A stretch of DNA of 64,000 nt from Firmicutes bacterium CAG:460. GTDB lineage: Bacteria; Bacillota_I; Bacilli_A; RF39; UBA660. The DNA lies in NCBI GenBank assembly GCA_000437355.1, contig FR899762.1, positions 45,395 through 109,394 of the forward strand. The letters are read 5' to 3'. Position numbers and translations under genes: made by a program. Within the stretch, counting starts at the first letter, position 1. Each line of letters opens with the position of its first letter. Under the pieces are notes generated by a model. The model saw only the letters and a list, made by a program, of their open reading frames with translations. It searched no databases and was not told where the DNA came from. Shown piece after piece: positions 44,667-55,188 of this stretch.

Positions 44667-45833
44667 TTATTTTAAAATTTCAGATACAACTCCGGCACCA
44701 ACAGTTCTTCCACCTTCACGGATAGAGAATTTAGTTCCGTTTTCTAGAGCAACTGGAGCGATAAGTTCAACAGTCATGTCAACATTATCTCCAGGCATTA
44801 CCATTTCTACTCCTTCAGGTAATTCAATAACACCTGTTACGTCTGTAGTTCTGAAATAGAATTGTGGACGGTAATTTGAGAAGAATGGTGTATGACGTCC
44901 TCCTTCTTCTTTAGATAGAACGTATACGCTTGCTTTGAATTTTGTATGAGGTGTAACGCTTCCTGGTTTAGCTAAAACTTGTCCACGTTCAACGCCATCA
45001 CGAGCAACTCCACGAAGTAAGCATCCAGCATTGTCACCAGCTTGAGCAAAGTCTAGAGATTTTCTAAACATTTCAATACCAGTAACTACTGTTTTAGTTG
45101 TAGGTCTTAGACCAACGATTTCAACTTCGTCGTTAAGTTTTAATTGTCCACGTTCAACACGTCCAGTAACAACTGTTCCACGTCCTGAAATTGTGAAAAC
45201 GTCTTCAATACTCATTAAGAATGGTTTGTCAGTATCACGAACTGGAGCATCGATATAAGAATCAACAGCAGCCATTAAGTCACGGATACTTTGAGCAGCA
45301 GCTTCATCACCTTCTAGAGCTTTTAAAGCACTACCACGGATAATAGGACATTCAGAATCATATCCATATTCTCCTAATAATTCTCTGATTTCCATTTCTA
45401 CTAAATCAAGTAGTTCTGGATCATCAACTTGGTCACATTTATTCATGTAAACCACGATCTTAGGCACACCAACTTGACGAGATAACAAAATGTGTTCTCT
45501 AGTTTGTGGCATAGGACCATCTGCAGCAGATACAACCAGGATAGCACCATCCATTTGTGCAGCACCAGTAATCATGTTTTTAACATAGTCAGCATGGCCT
45601 GGGCAGTCAACGTGTGCATAGTGACGTTTTTCAGTTTCGTATTCAACATGCGCAGTGTTGATAGTTATACCTCTTTCTCTTTCTTCTGGAGCTTTGTCGA
45701 TATCAGCATAATCAACAAATTTTCCAAAGTATTTTGTGATCGCAGCAGTTAATGTTGTTTTACCATGGTCAACGTGTCCAATGGTACCAATATTAACGTG
45801 TTCTTTTGAACGATCGAATTTTTCTCTTGCCAT
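44667..45833 (-). CDS. tuf: Elongation factor Tu
   Basis: [22 protein letters not shown]. Near-complete identity to the EF-Tu consensus. Confidence 0.98.
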   Translation of the reverse strand: MAREKFDRSKEHVNIGTIGHVDHGKTTLTAAITKYFGKFVDYADIDKAPEERERGITINTAHVEYETEKRHYAHVDCPGHADYVKNMITGAAQMDGAILVVSAADGPMPQTREHILLSRQVGVPKIVVYMNKCDQVDDPELLDLVEMEIRELLGEYGYDSECPIIRGSALKALEGDEAAAQSIRDLMAAVDSYIDAPVRDTDKPFLMSIEDVFTISGRGTVVTGRVERGQLKLNDEVEIVGLRPTTKTVVTGIEMFRKSLDFAQAGDNAGCLLRGVARDGVERGQVLAKPGSVTPHTKFKASVYVLSKEEGGRHTPFFSNYRPQFYFRTTDVTGVIELPEGVEMVMPGDNVDMTVELIAPVALENGTKFSIREGGRTVGAGVVSEILK

Positions 45834-45907
45834 ATAATAATTTCCTCCTTTTCTTATATTACTATTATATTTTATCTAATGCTTGAAAATTTTTCAAGTA
45901 TTATTCC

Positions 45908-47980
45908 TTAATTTATGCTGTTTTTCTTAATTATTTCTTCAGCAATGTTCTTTGGAACTTCTTCATAATGGTCTAAAGTCATGGTGAAGTTACCTCTACC
46001 TTGAGAATTTGAACGTAAACTTGTTGCATATCCAAACATTTCAGCAAGTGGAACCATAGCATTGATTGATAATGCATTTCCACGTGATTCATTTCCTAAT
46101 GGTTTACCACGACGAGATGTTAAATCTCCCATTACGTTACCCATATATTCTTCTGGAACAACTACTTCAACTTTCATAATTGGTTCTAGAAGTACAGGTT
46201 TACACTTATTCTTAGCTTCTTTTAAAGCCATAGAAGCAGCGATTTTGAATGCCATTTCAGATGAGTCTACATCATGGTATGATCCATCAAATAATGTAGC
46301 CTTAACATCAACCATTGGATAACCAGCAAGGATACCACCAGCCATAGCTTCTTGTAATCCTTTATCTGTTACAGGTATATATTCACGAGGAACTACACCA
46401 CCAACGATAGCATCAACGAATTCATATCCTTTTTCAGGATTTGGTTCGAACTTAACCCAAACGTGTCCGTATTGTCCACGTCCACCTGATTGTTTAATAT
46501 ATTTACCTTCACATTCAGCAGCTTGAGTAAGTGTTTCACGATAAGCAACTTGTGGCTTACCTTTATTACACTCAACATTAAATTCACGACGCATACGGTC
46601 AACAATAATGTCTAAGTGTAATTCACCCATTCCAGATAGAACTGTTTGACCAGTTTCTGTATCTGTTTTAACTCTTAGAGTTGGGTCTTCTTCAACTAGT
46701 TTTTGAATAGCAATAGCCATTTTGTCTTGGTCATTTTTACTCTTTGGTTCAATAGCTATATCAATAACTGGAGCTGGGAATTCCATACCCTTCATGATAC
46801 ATGGGTTCTTTTCATCACATAATGTATCTGCAGTTGTAGTATTTTTTAAACCAACTGCTGCAGCAATTTCTCCTGCATATACTTCAGTAATTTCTTTTCT
46901 TTGGTTTGCATGCATTTGTAAGATACGACCAATTCTTTCTTTTTCTCCTTTAGTAGAGTTTAAAACATATGAACCTGCTTTTAAAACACCTGAATAAACA
47001 CGGAAGAATGAAAGTCTACCAACATATGGGTCAGTCATAATCTTAAATGCTAGTGCTGTGAATGGTTCAGAATCACTTGGATGTCTTAATACATCGTTTC
47101 CTTTTGCATCAGTACATTCAATAGCTTCAATATCAGTTGGTGCTGGTAGGTAATCTATAACAGCATCAAGTAAAGCACGTGTTCCTTTATCTCCTAGAGC
47201 ATCAGCACATAATACTGGGAAGAATCCTACAGATAATGTTGCTTTTCTAATAGCTGCTTTTAATTCATCAACAGTTATTTCTCCACCATCTAGGTATTTC
47301 ATCATTAAATCTTCATCAAAATCAGCTACTGCTTCAATTAATTTAGTTCTATATTCTTCAGTTTTTTCTACCATATCTGCTGGAATTTCCATTTCAGATA
47401 CTTCTTGTTTTTCAGTTCCATCATATTTGTATGCTTTTTTAGTAACTAAATCGATGTAACCTTCATAAAATTGTTCAGCACCGATTGGTAACATAATTGG
47501 AGCAGCGTTAGCACCTAATCTACTTTTAATTGTATCTAATGAATAGTAGAAATCAGCACCCATCTTTTCCATTTTGTTAGCACAAATCATTCTTGGTACT
47601 TTGTATTCATTTGCTTGTCTCCAAACAGTTTCAGTTTGAGGTTCTACACCAGCTTGAGCATCAATTAGAGCTATAGCACCATCTAGAACTCTTAAACTTC
47701 TTTGAACTTCGATAGTAAAGTCTACGTGACCTGGGGTATCGATAATGTTTAATCTATATCCTTTCCAGTGACAAGTAGTAGCGGCAGAAGTAATTGTAAT
47801 ACCTCTTTCCTTTTCTTGTTCCATCCAGTCCATTTGAGATTCACCTTCGTGAGTTTCTCCGATTTTGTGTGTAATACCAGTTAAGAATAAAATTCTTTCT
47901 GTAGTAGTTGTTTTACCAGCATCGATGTGAGCCATGATACCGATATTTCTTAATTTGTCAATTGAAACGTCTCTAGCCAT
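45908..47980 (-). CDS. fusA: Elongation factor G
   Basis: [24 protein letters not shown] and domains II-V. Start at 47980 ([12 protein letters not shown]). Confidence 0.98.
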   Translation of the reverse strand: MARDVSIDKLRNIGIMAHIDAGKTTTTERILFLTGITHKIGETHEGESQMDWMEQEKERGITITSAATTCHWKGYRLNIIDTPGHVDFTIEVQRSLRVLDGAIALIDAQAGVEPQTETVWRQANEYKVPRMICANKMEKMGADFYYSLDTIKSRLGANAAPIMLPIGAEQFYEGYIDLVTKKAYKYDGTEKQEVSEMEIPADMVEKTEEYRTKLIEAVADFDEDLMMKYLDGGEITVDELKAAIRKATLSVGFFPVLCADALGDKGTRALLDAVIDYLPAPTDIEAIECTDAKGNDVLRHPSDSEPFTALAFKIMTDPYVGRLSFFRVYSGVLKAGSYVLNSTKGEKERIGRILQMHANQRKEITEVYAGEIAAAVGLKNTTTADTLCDEKNPCIMKGMEFPAPVIDIAIEPKSKNDQDKMAIAIQKLVEEDPTLRVKTDTETGQTVLSGMGELHLDIIVDRMRREFNVECNKGKPQVAYRETLTQAAECEGKYIKQSGGRGQYGHVWVKFEPNPEKGYEFVDAIVGGVVPREYIPVTDKGLQEAMAGGILAGYPMVDVKATLFDGSYHDVDSSEMAFKIAASMALKEAKNKCKPVLLEPIMKVEVVVPEEYMGNVMGDLTSRRGKPLGNESRGNALSINAMVPLAEMFGYATSLRSNSQGRGNFTMTLDHYEEVPKNIAEEIIKKNSIN

Positions 47981-47985
47981 AGTGC

Positions 47986-48453
47986 TTACCATCTATAATG
48001 AGCAAATGCTTTATTTGCTTCTGCCATTCTATGAGTGTCTTCACGTTTTTTGCAAGCTCCACCAGTACCGTTTGAGGCATCTATGATTTCGTTTGCAAGA
48101 TTAATGGCCATTCCCTTTCCATTTCTTAATTTTGCATAATTAACTAACCATCTTAAAGCTAGTGTTTGAGCTCTTTCATCATTTACTTCCATTGGAACTT
48201 GATAATTTGAGCCCCCAACTCTACGAGATTTAACTTCTAGAGCTGGTTTGATATTTTCTAATGCCGCATTGTAAACTTCTAAAGCTGGTTTTCCAGTTTT
48301 TTCAGCAACTATATCAAATGCTTCATATAATATCTTTTGAGCTGTACCTTTTTTACCATCTAACATAATTTGATTTACTAATTTAGTAACTACTTTAGAA
48401 TTATATATAGGATCTGGTAATACATCTCTTTTAACTGCACGTCTTTTACGCAT
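47986..48453 (-). CDS. rpsG: 30S ribosomal protein S7
   Basis: [27 protein letters not shown]...; ends AFAHYRW. Confidence 0.98.
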   Translation of the reverse strand: MRKRRAVKRDVLPDPIYNSKVVTKLVNQIMLDGKKGTAQKILYEAFDIVAEKTGKPALEVYNAALENIKPALEVKSRRVGGSNYQVPMEVNDERAQTLALRWLVNYAKLRNGKGMAINLANEIIDASNGTGGACKKREDTHRMAEANKAFAHYRW

Positions 48454-48473
48454 TTAATTTTCCTCCTATTCTA

Positions 48474-48887
48474 TTATTTTTTGTCTTTTTTAGTACCGTA
48501 TTTACTACGTCCTTGTTTACGATCTTGAACTCCGTGAGTATCAAGTGTACCTCTTACGATATGATAACGAACACCGATTAAATCCTTAACACGGCCACCT
48601 CTTACTAAAACAACACTGTGTTCTTGTAAGTTATGTCCTTCTCCTGGAATATAAGCATCGATTTCTTTACCATTAGAAAGTCTAACACGAGCATATTTTC
48701 TTAATGCTGAGTTCGGTTTTTTAGGTGTTCTTGTACCAACTTTAGTACAAACTCCTCTTTTTTGTGGACTCTTTGCATCAGTTTGTTTCTTTTCTAGAGT
48801 GTTAAATCCAACATTTAATACTGGACTTTTACTCTTTCTTGTTTTTTTGCTTCGATTTTTCTTTACTAATTGATTGATCGTAGGCAT
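48474..48887 (-). CDS. rpsL: 30S ribosomal protein S12
   Basis: [10 protein letters not shown]..., [35 protein letters not shown]. Confidence 0.98.
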   Translation of the reverse strand: MPTINQLVKKNRSKKTRKSKSPVLNVGFNTLEKKQTDAKSPQKRGVCTKVGTRTPKKPNSALRKYARVRLSNGKEIDAYIPGEGHNLQEHSVVLVRGGRVKDLIGVRYHIVRGTLDTHGVQDRKQGRSKYGTKKDKK

Positions 48888-48988
48888 TTATTTTCGCTCC
48901 TTTCCATTAACACACATCCTGGTGTATCGAACATTGTTTTAAACTAGGTTCTACCTAAGCAGAACCCGTCTTTTCAAAATGCAAATAT

Positions 48989-49018
48989 ACTATAACATTA
49001 ATATGATATGTTTGTCAA
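48989..49018 (-). promoter_or_regulatory. Candidate promoter of the rpsL-rpsG-fusA-tuf operon
   Basis: Minus strand TTGACA-18 nt-TATAGT, about 100 nt upstream of rpsL. Confidence 0.4.
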
Positions 49019-49059
49019 GAAAAAATAATGAATTTTGGGTTAATTTGTTGTGCTTTTTA

Positions 49060-49980
49060 TCACACACCGCTTTTAAACCTATAAAGCTTTTTTACAATTG
49101 GATTATAATCTACACCTGATAAATCTTTTTCTTTTTGGGAGGCAATGTATTTTGTTAGATACATGCACTTTACTAATAAGTTATACTCCGATAAAAGCGT
49201 TGGCTTGCTATCTAATACAATTACTTCTTTATAGTATTTAGTTAATTCACTTAATAATAGTTTATCTAAGTCCGTACCTAAATTAAAATATATTGCTATA
49301 TTATTGTAAGTTTTTGATAATGTACTTCTACCATGACAATATGAATACTTATCATGAATTACAGGAATGCCAATACCAGCTTCAACCATCGTAGATTCTA
49401 AATATTTGCTTGCTGATAATGTTTCAAATCCTGTAAAGATTTCAAAAGCATCACAATTTACATCAAAATTGTAATCATATTCTTTCGTACTATCAATTAT
49501 TCTTTGATAATCATTATCCAAATAATAATTTAATAATATTGCACATGGTATTAATGTTGCTGCTAAAGATATAAAACTTTTTTCTGAATCTTTACAAATA
49601 TAATTTAAACTAATTACACCGTTTTCATTATTTTCCTTACTAGATAACAAATAATGTCTTAGATTGTTATCGAAAGCTAATTCAACGCCAAAGTTTGCTC
49701 CAGAGTAACTACATGCCAAAATATTTTTATAGCCGTTCATAAACTCTTTAAAATATTTTAAATCCCTTGGTTCTACACATTTTGTTATAATCATATTCTT
49801 CATAAGTAATATTTTTGATGCAAACGAAGCAACAATACTTGAACCACCTACCCCCGATACTAATGCTGGGTCTTTAATTTTACTTAGTAAATAATTTAAT
49901 TTTTCTAAGTCAGTATCATTTAAACTATCAACAACCCTATTATTCAATTTTTTAAAATTTTCGTTCATATTCTTTTCCAT
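49060..49980 (-). CDS. Double SIS-domain-like protein (sugar-phosphate isomerase/binding fold)
   Basis: VSGVGGSSIVASFASKIL ... ILACSYSGANFGVELA (SIS motif 1). Second half IPVIHDKYSYCHGRSTL resembles the second SIS repeat of GlmS/FrlB/AgaS-type proteins. Confidence 0.5.
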   Translation of the reverse strand: MEKNMNENFKKLNNRVVDSLNDTDLEKLNYLLSKIKDPALVSGVGGSSIVASFASKILLMKNMIITKCVEPRDLKYFKEFMNGYKNILACSYSGANFGVELAFDNNLRHYLLSSKENNENGVISLNYICKDSEKSFISLAATLIPCAILLNYYLDNDYQRIIDSTKEYDYNFDVNCDAFEIFTGFETLSASKYLESTMVEAGIGIPVIHDKYSYCHGRSTLSKTYNNIAIYFNLGTDLDKLLLSELTKYYKEVIVLDSKPTLLSEYNLLVKCMYLTKYIASQKEKDLSGVDYNPIVKKLYRFKSGV

Positions 49981-50034
49981 AAAAAATCCTCCTTAAGTAA
50001 TTTATATCACTTAAAGAGGAAGTATTTGGTCTAC

Positions 50035-50619
50035 TTAAAAAGTTTCATCTAAAAGTTCCATTTTATTTATTCTTTTAAGTTCAAAATGTCTTAAATCTTG
50101 ACGAAGTTCGCAAAAGGCTGCACATCCCCATCCAGAATTATATAAAAATAAATCATATGGCCTTATAATTCTATTTAAATTTCCATCGGTAAATGAATAA
50201 TAATTTATTTTTACTTTTCTTTTTTCTTTTATAGCCTTATTTAATATATTATAATAATTTTTAATATCATCTTTTAATTCAATATTTTCGTTTTGAGATT
50301 CAAAATAAATTCCATGAACTTTATCAGCTATTATTTGTAATTTTTCTTTATCGTCTTCATTTACTTTTAAGTTTTTTAAAAATTCATAATCTTCTTTAGA
50401 AAATTTGCGTAAAGGAATTTTAATACTTTGATTTAAAACATAACCTCCATAAGGTCCCATGATGCTATCTATAAATACTCCTGCTTTTTCAAGTTCTTCC
50501 TTGTAACTTCTAACCATTCTTTCGGATACTTCAAGTTTTTCTGCTAGTTCCTTTATATTGTATTTTCTACCATTTTCTAAATATTCAAGCATTAATAAAC
50601 AATTTGATAGTTTTGACAT
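50035..50619 (-). CDS. HTH-WYL domain transcriptional regulator (YafY-like, short)
   Basis: N-terminal HTH_11 (LLMLEYLENGRKYNIKELAEKLEVSERMVRSYKEELEKAGV). C-terminal WYL-like KVKINYYSFTDGNLNRIIRPYDLFLYNSGWGCAAFCELRQDLRHFELKRI. Confidence 0.7.
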   Translation of the reverse strand: MSKLSNCLLMLEYLENGRKYNIKELAEKLEVSERMVRSYKEELEKAGVFIDSIMGPYGGYVLNQSIKIPLRKFSKEDYEFLKNLKVNEDDKEKLQIIADKVHGIYFESQNENIELKDDIKNYYNILNKAIKEKRKVKINYYSFTDGNLNRIIRPYDLFLYNSGWGCAAFCELRQDLRHFELKRINKMELLDETF

Positions 50620-51167
50620 ATTTATCCCCCTAAAATTAAGTCACAATAAATTTTGCTTTAAAAATTACTATATAATTTATATATTAAGTAAGCTGCAAAA
50701 AGTAAGGCTAGTAAAAGAATTCCACTTAGAATTAACATTTCTACAAGCCCCCAGCCACCATTATTTTTTAGTTTGTTGTTTATATTTTTAAGCATTGTTA
50801 TCACCTATAAGTGTATTATATTAAAAATACTTAGTAATGTCAATTTATTAATTTGCTATTGATTTTTTTTATTTTGTATGGTCTATTTTAATTGTACTAG
50901 TACATATAGTACAATGGAGGATATAAAATGATAGAACTAAAGAGTTAAATAATATTGTTTTAGAACTAAAAAATTATGGTTTTACTTATGAAGAAATTAT
51001 TAAAAAAATAGTCACATAAATTTATGTGGCTAAATTTTTTCTACAATTTATTCTTATACTCTTGTTTTTCATTTAATTATCTGTTATAGTACTTCCTATG
51101 GAACATTTTGTGTTCTGGGTGTCTACCTCTTTTCAGGGGCTTTTGGCTTATGGAAGGAGGAATACAT

Positions 51168-51272
51168 ATGAAGAAGAGAATTTATGTTATTAAATTTCTT
51201 AACCGATTGTGTGTTATTCTATTTTTAATAGCAATAATGCTTTTATTAATAAAATTAGACATCTGCCGTTAG
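51168..51272 (+). CDS. 34-aa hydrophobic peptide, type-I-toxin-like (absent from the ORF track)
   Basis: GGAAGGAGG SD lies 7 nt before the ATG. Translation MKKRIYVIKFLNRLCVILFLIAIMLLLIKLDICR (basic N-terminus plus one TM). The stop lies inside the hairpin at 51258-51281. A second hairpin at 51302-51320 is followed by a T-run. Confidence 0.45.
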   Translation: MKKRIYVIKFLNRLCVILFLIAIMLLLIKLDICR

Positions 51273-51323
51273 GCAAATGTCAGCTAAAAAAATTTAGGTA
51301 GACATTCAGATACTGAATGTTCC
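51251..51323. repeat. Direct repeat copy 1 (about 73 nt; hairpin, spacer, hairpin/terminator module)
   Basis: CATCTGCCgTTAgGCAAATGTCA...TAGGTAGAcATTCA...TCC. A degenerate copy lies at 51401-51483. Confidence 0.7.
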
Positions 51324-51400
51324 TTTTTTTATTATATGAAGATTTCTCTTCATGTATTCATTTTATCAAATAATAAAAAAAACTTCAAGTATTTTGGATT

Positions 51401-51483
51401 AAAAATTAAAAAAGCATCTGCCATTAAGCAAATGTCAAACCATGTAATATAGGTAGATATTCAAGAATATTAAATAATCTTCC
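51401..51483. repeat. Direct repeat copy 2 (degenerate)
   Basis: CATCTGCCaTTAaGCAAATGTCA...TAGGTAGAtATTCA...TCC. Both stems are weakened, and only a frame-shifted echo of the peptide C-terminus precedes it. Confidence 0.65.
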
Positions 51484-51520
51484 ATAAACTTATTATACTA
51501 AAAACAAATATATATTTCAA

Positions 51521-51545
51521 CAAAAAAACCACACGAATGTGGTCT
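51521..51545 (-). terminator. Rho-independent terminator after rplL
   Basis: Minus strand ACCACA-TTCG-TGTGGT followed by T7. Confidence 0.65.
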
Positions 51546-51557
51546 TTTATTTTAGAA

Positions 51558-51923
51558 TTAAACTAATTCTACTTCAGCACCAGCTTCAGTTAATTGAGTT
51601 TTAATAGCTTCAGCTTCTTCAGCAGGAATATTTTCTTTAATATTTCCACCGTTGTCAGCTACAGCTTTAGCTTCAACTAATCCTAAACCAGTAATTTCTT
51701 TAATGATTTTAATAACTGCAATTTTGTTTCCACCAGCTGATTTTAATACAACTGTTCTAGTTTTTGGTCCTTCATCTACAGCAGCAGCTGGAGCAGCAGC
51801 AACAGCAACAGCCATTGGATCAACACCAAATTCTTCCTTCATTGCGTCAACTAATTCTTTAACTTCAAGAATTGTCATTTCTTTTAATGCACTTATAAAA
51901 TCTTCTTTGTTTAATTTTGCCAT
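51558..51923 (-). CDS. rplL: 50S ribosomal protein L7/L12
   Basis: Ala-rich hinge AVAVAAAPAAAV. C-terminal domain IKIIKEITGLGLVEAKAVAD...AEVELV. Confidence 0.97.
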   Translation of the reverse strand: MAKLNKEDFISALKEMTILEVKELVDAMKEEFGVDPMAVAVAAAPAAAVDEGPKTRTVVLKSAGGNKIAVIKIIKEITGLGLVEAKAVADNGGNIKENIPAEEAEAIKTQLTEAGAEVELV

Positions 51924-51926
51924 ATT

Positions 51927-52424
51927 TTATTCCTTCCCTTCTAATTGTTCGGCATAAAGATTTAATCCTATTGCTAAATCTTTAACATATTGCATCATAC
52001 CACCAGCAAGCATTGTAAGTAATCCTTCTCTTGATGGAATGGTAGCATATTCTTTTATTACAGCTAAATCTGCAACATTTCCACTGATAACACCTACACG
52101 GATATCTAATTTATCATGTTTCTTAGCAAATTCTGATACAATTTTAATTGGTTCAAGTAATTCTTTACCCAATAAAATTGCATTTGGTCCTTCTAAGAAT
52201 TCATCTAAATTAAGATTTAATTCATCAGCAGCTCTTTTAAGTAGTGTGTTTTTATAAACCTTTACTTCTGAATCAACATTTTTAAGTTCTTTTCTTAATT
52301 CAGAAAGTTCTTCAACTGTTAATCCTTGGTATTGGAATATTATTACACTTTCACTTGACTTTAGTTTGTTAACTATTTCGTCAACAACAAGTTTCTTTTG
52401 TTCAAGAATTTTTGTGCTTGCCAT
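51927..52424 (-). CDS. rplJ: 50S ribosomal protein L10
   Basis: 165 aa. ...FQYQGLTVEELSELRKELK...VYKNTLLKRA. Position upstream of rplL. Confidence 0.95.
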   Translation of the reverse strand: MASTKILEQKKLVVDEIVNKLKSSESVIIFQYQGLTVEELSELRKELKNVDSEVKVYKNTLLKRAADELNLNLDEFLEGPNAILLGKELLEPIKIVSEFAKKHDKLDIRVGVISGNVADLAVIKEYATIPSREGLLTMLAGGMMQYVKDLAIGLNLYAEQLEGKE

Positions 52425-52560
52425 ATTCTCCTCCTTATTATATTAGAAAAGCTTCCCAAGGGAAGCTTAAAATTATCTTGTAGTTTTAAGTATCCCCTCG
52501 GTAGGACTTATTTTTTTGCCTACTGTCTTTGGTTCTCGCTTTTTCTAATACGTATTATAT
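52425..52560 (-). promoter_or_regulatory. Probable rplJ (L10) autoregulatory leader region
   Basis: Structured 130-nt gap upstream of rplJ with GC-rich helices (AAGCTTCCC/GGGAAGCTT; CCTACCGAGGGG) in an AT-rich background. Assignment by position only. Confidence 0.35.
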
Positions 52561-52571
52561 TACATTTTTAA

Positions 52572-53270
52572 TTAAATGTCAAAACTATTTTTATCTAACT
52601 TGATTCCAGGACCCATAGTTGTTGAAATAGCAATGTTTTCAATAAATGTTCCTTTTACTGTTTGTGGTTTAGCTTTAGAAATAGTTGTAACAACATAGCT
52701 TAAGTTTTCAGCTAATTTCTTTTCATCAAATGAAACTTTACCAATTACAGTATGGATATTACCAAATTTATCATTCTTGTATGTAACCATACCTTTTTTA
52801 AGATCTTCAACAATAGCACCAACTTTAGTTGTTACTGTTCCAGTCTTAGGGTTAGGCATTAAGTTACGTGGTCCAAGAATATTACCAATTTTTCCAACTT
52901 CTGGCATCATATCTGGTGTAGCAACTACAACATCAAAGTCAAACCAGTTTTCATTTTTGATTTTATCAAGCATATCTTTTTCCCCAACAAAATCAGCTCC
53001 AGCTTTTTTAGCTTCTTCAGCGAATGCTCCTTTAGCTATAACTAAAACTTTTTTAGATTTACCAGTTCCGTTTGGAAGTGATAAAGCTCCTTTTAATTGT
53101 TGGTCAGATTTTTTAGGGTCAATGTTTAATTTAATTGCAACATCAACTGTACTATCAAATTTAGTAACACTTGTTTCTTTAACTAATTTGATTGCATCTT
53201 CTAAAGCATATGCTTTGTTTTTATCAACGTTTTTAGATGCTTCCACATATTTTTTTCCATATTTTTTCAT
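52572..53270 (-). CDS. rplA: 50S ribosomal protein L1
   Basis: [21 protein letters not shown]..., [25 protein letters not shown]. Confidence 0.97.
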   Translation of the reverse strand: MKKYGKKYVEASKNVDKNKAYALEDAIKLVKETSVTKFDSTVDVAIKLNIDPKKSDQQLKGALSLPNGTGKSKKVLVIAKGAFAEEAKKAGADFVGEKDMLDKIKNENWFDFDVVVATPDMMPEVGKIGNILGPRNLMPNPKTGTVTTKVGAIVEDLKKGMVTYKNDKFGNIHTVIGKVSFDEKKLAENLSYVVTTISKAKPQTVKGTFIENIAISTTMGPGIKLDKNSFDI

Positions 53271-53321
53271 AGTTTACCTCCTAACTGTGGTTCATTAAGC
53301 GGACAATTTTTATTATTTTAA

Positions 53322-53927
53322 TTATTTTTCTTCTGTTTCTTCTTCAGATTTTTCTAAATCATCATGAGTTGGAACTTCAACGCTTGCATCAGACATTTCT
53401 TTAGCTTCTTCTTCAAGTCTTTCTAGTTCTGCTTCACGTTTAGCTTGTTCTTTTTCTTCTTCTTTTGCTTCAGCTGCTTGTTCTTCAAGTTCAGCATCAT
53501 TGAAACCTTTAACTGCAATACCCATGTTACGAGCAGTACCAGCAATAATGTTCATAGCTGCATCAACATCATAAGCATTTAAATCTGGCATTTTTTCTTC
53601 AGCGATTTCTCTTAGTTCTTTTTCAGTAATAGTAGCTACGATTTCATTAGCTCCTTTTTTACTACCACTCTTTATTTTAGCAACTTTCTTAAGTAAGAAT
53701 GCTGCTGGAGCAGTCTTAAGAACAAAATCAAAAGAACGGTCATCATAGATGGAAATTTCACATGGAACTACATCACCCATTTTGTCTCTAGTTGCTTCAT
53801 TAAACTTAGTACAGAATTCTCCTAAGTTAATTCCAGCAGGCCCTAGAACTGTACCAACTGGTGGTGCAGGTGTAGCTTTTCCAGCTTCGATTTGTAATTT
53901 AATTTTCTTTACGACTTCTTTAGCCAC
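53322..53927 (-). CDS. rplK: 50S ribosomal protein L11 with a 60-aa acidic C-terminal extension
   Basis: GTG start 6 nt after [33 protein letters not shown]...[12 protein letters not shown] is a complete L11 (about 141 aa), followed by [39 protein letters not shown]...EEETEEK. Confidence 0.93.
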   Translation of the reverse strand: MAKEVVKKIKLQIEAGKATPAPPVGTVLGPAGINLGEFCTKFNEATRDKMGDVVPCEISIYDDRSFDFVLKTAPAAFLLKKVAKIKSGSKKGANEIVATITEKELREIAEEKMPDLNAYDVDAAMNIIAGTARNMGIAVKGFNDAELEEQAAEAKEEEKEQAKREAELERLEEEAKEMSDASVEVPTHDDLEKSEEETEEK

Positions 53928-54144
53928 GAAAACACCTCCTATAAAAATTTTTTCGCGTAAGTGGTTATAGGGCAAGTCCGCAAGTTATCCCCTCCACTTA
54001 ACAAATTATATTAAAAATATAAACTTGCAATTACGATAATACCACATTTTGACACATTTTACAAGAAATTTTTGCTACTTTTGTCATTTTTATTGGAAGA
54101 TTTTTAAAAATATGATAGAATTAAATAAGGATGGGTGATGCATA

Positions 54145-55155
54145 ATGGCAAAATTCTTTAATCAAAAAGTTAAAAAAGGAAGAAGTAAAACTAAATCAAA
54201 TAATAATAAAGTTCTTCTAATATCTATAATTGCTGTTGTAGCTGTAATTATAATCGGTATATTAATTAGTGTATTTTTTAGAAATAGTCATGATGATGCT
54301 ATTATAAAAATAAGGGATGTTATAGCTATTGAAGTTAATAATGAAAATGTTGATAAGAATTTATTTTTTGAACAACTAGAAAATGTTAAAGAAAAAGATA
54401 TTAAAATAACATATAAAAATGTTGATTTTAGTGAAGTTGGTACTTATGATGTAGTTATTAAAATATATGGTAAAAAATATAATTCTAAAATACAAATTGT
54501 AGATACTGAAGTTCCTGAACTTGTTATTAAAGATGTTAAAATAAATATTGGTGAATCTTATAAAGCTAATGATTTTGTAAAATCTTGCCAAGATAATAGT
54601 AATAAAGATTGTATTATTGATTTTTATGATTTGAGCCTTGACCAAAAGGGCGAAAAAATAGATTATAGAAATTATACTAAAGAAGGTTCTTATGAAATAT
54701 TAATTGTTGCCAGTGATGCATCTGGTAATAAAACCAGTCCAATGAAAGCTACTTTAACAATTGGTAATGATACAGTAGTAAAGCCTATAACATGTAAGTA
54801 TGGTAATGCTGAGTATGATACTACAAATATTTTAGCAGTTAATGTTACAAAAGAAGGTTGTGCTTTAGATTTAAATTTATATAATGATGAAAATGTTTTA
54901 GCACCAGTTAATGAATTGATTAAATCTGAAAACGAAAAAATAAAAAAAGAACTTAGTAAAATTAATTTAGGTGTTAAAAATATACATGTTAATAGTGAAA
55001 CTGCTACAGTACTTAATACAACTGGTAAAGGTGTTGTGGGTTATACTTTGAAATTTACTGTTTCAATAGAAAAAAATAATAATGAAGAAGTTATTGAAGA
55101 ATACTACATTAATATAAATGGTGGTAGAGAATTTATAACTAATAAATATTTATAA
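54145..55155 (+). CDS. Membrane-anchored protein with Ig-like (DUF5011-type) domain
   Basis: N-terminal basic segment plus TM. VPELVIKDVKINIGESYKANDFV...YEILIVASDASGNKTSPMKATLTI resembles bacterial Ig-like surface domains. Confidence 0.45.
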   Translation: MAKFFNQKVKKGRSKTKSNNNKVLLISIIAVVAVIIIGILISVFFRNSHDDAIIKIRDVIAIEVNNENVDKNLFFEQLENVKEKDIKITYKNVDFSEVGTYDVVIKIYGKKYNSKIQIVDTEVPELVIKDVKINIGESYKANDFVKSCQDNSNKDCIIDFYDLSLDQKGEKIDYRNYTKEGSYEILIVASDASGNKTSPMKATLTIGNDTVVKPITCKYGNAEYDTTNILAVNVTKEGCALDLNLYNDENVLAPVNELIKSENEKIKKELSKINLGVKNIHVNSETATVLNTTGKGVVGYTLKFTVSIEKNNNEEVIEEYYININGGREFITNKYL

Positions 55156-55188
55156 TAACTTAAAAAGAGATTTGAAAAACAAATCTCT

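Noticed and set aside
50926-51030. Short ATG ORF (MIELKS*) followed out of frame by ...NNIVLELKNYGFTYEEIIKKIVT* and a hairpin terminator, reminiscent of a resolvase or sigma-type HTH tail
   Set aside because: The frames do not connect, the HTH-like frame has no start codon, and only about 25 residues are similar. It is at best a gene remnant and too weak to call.
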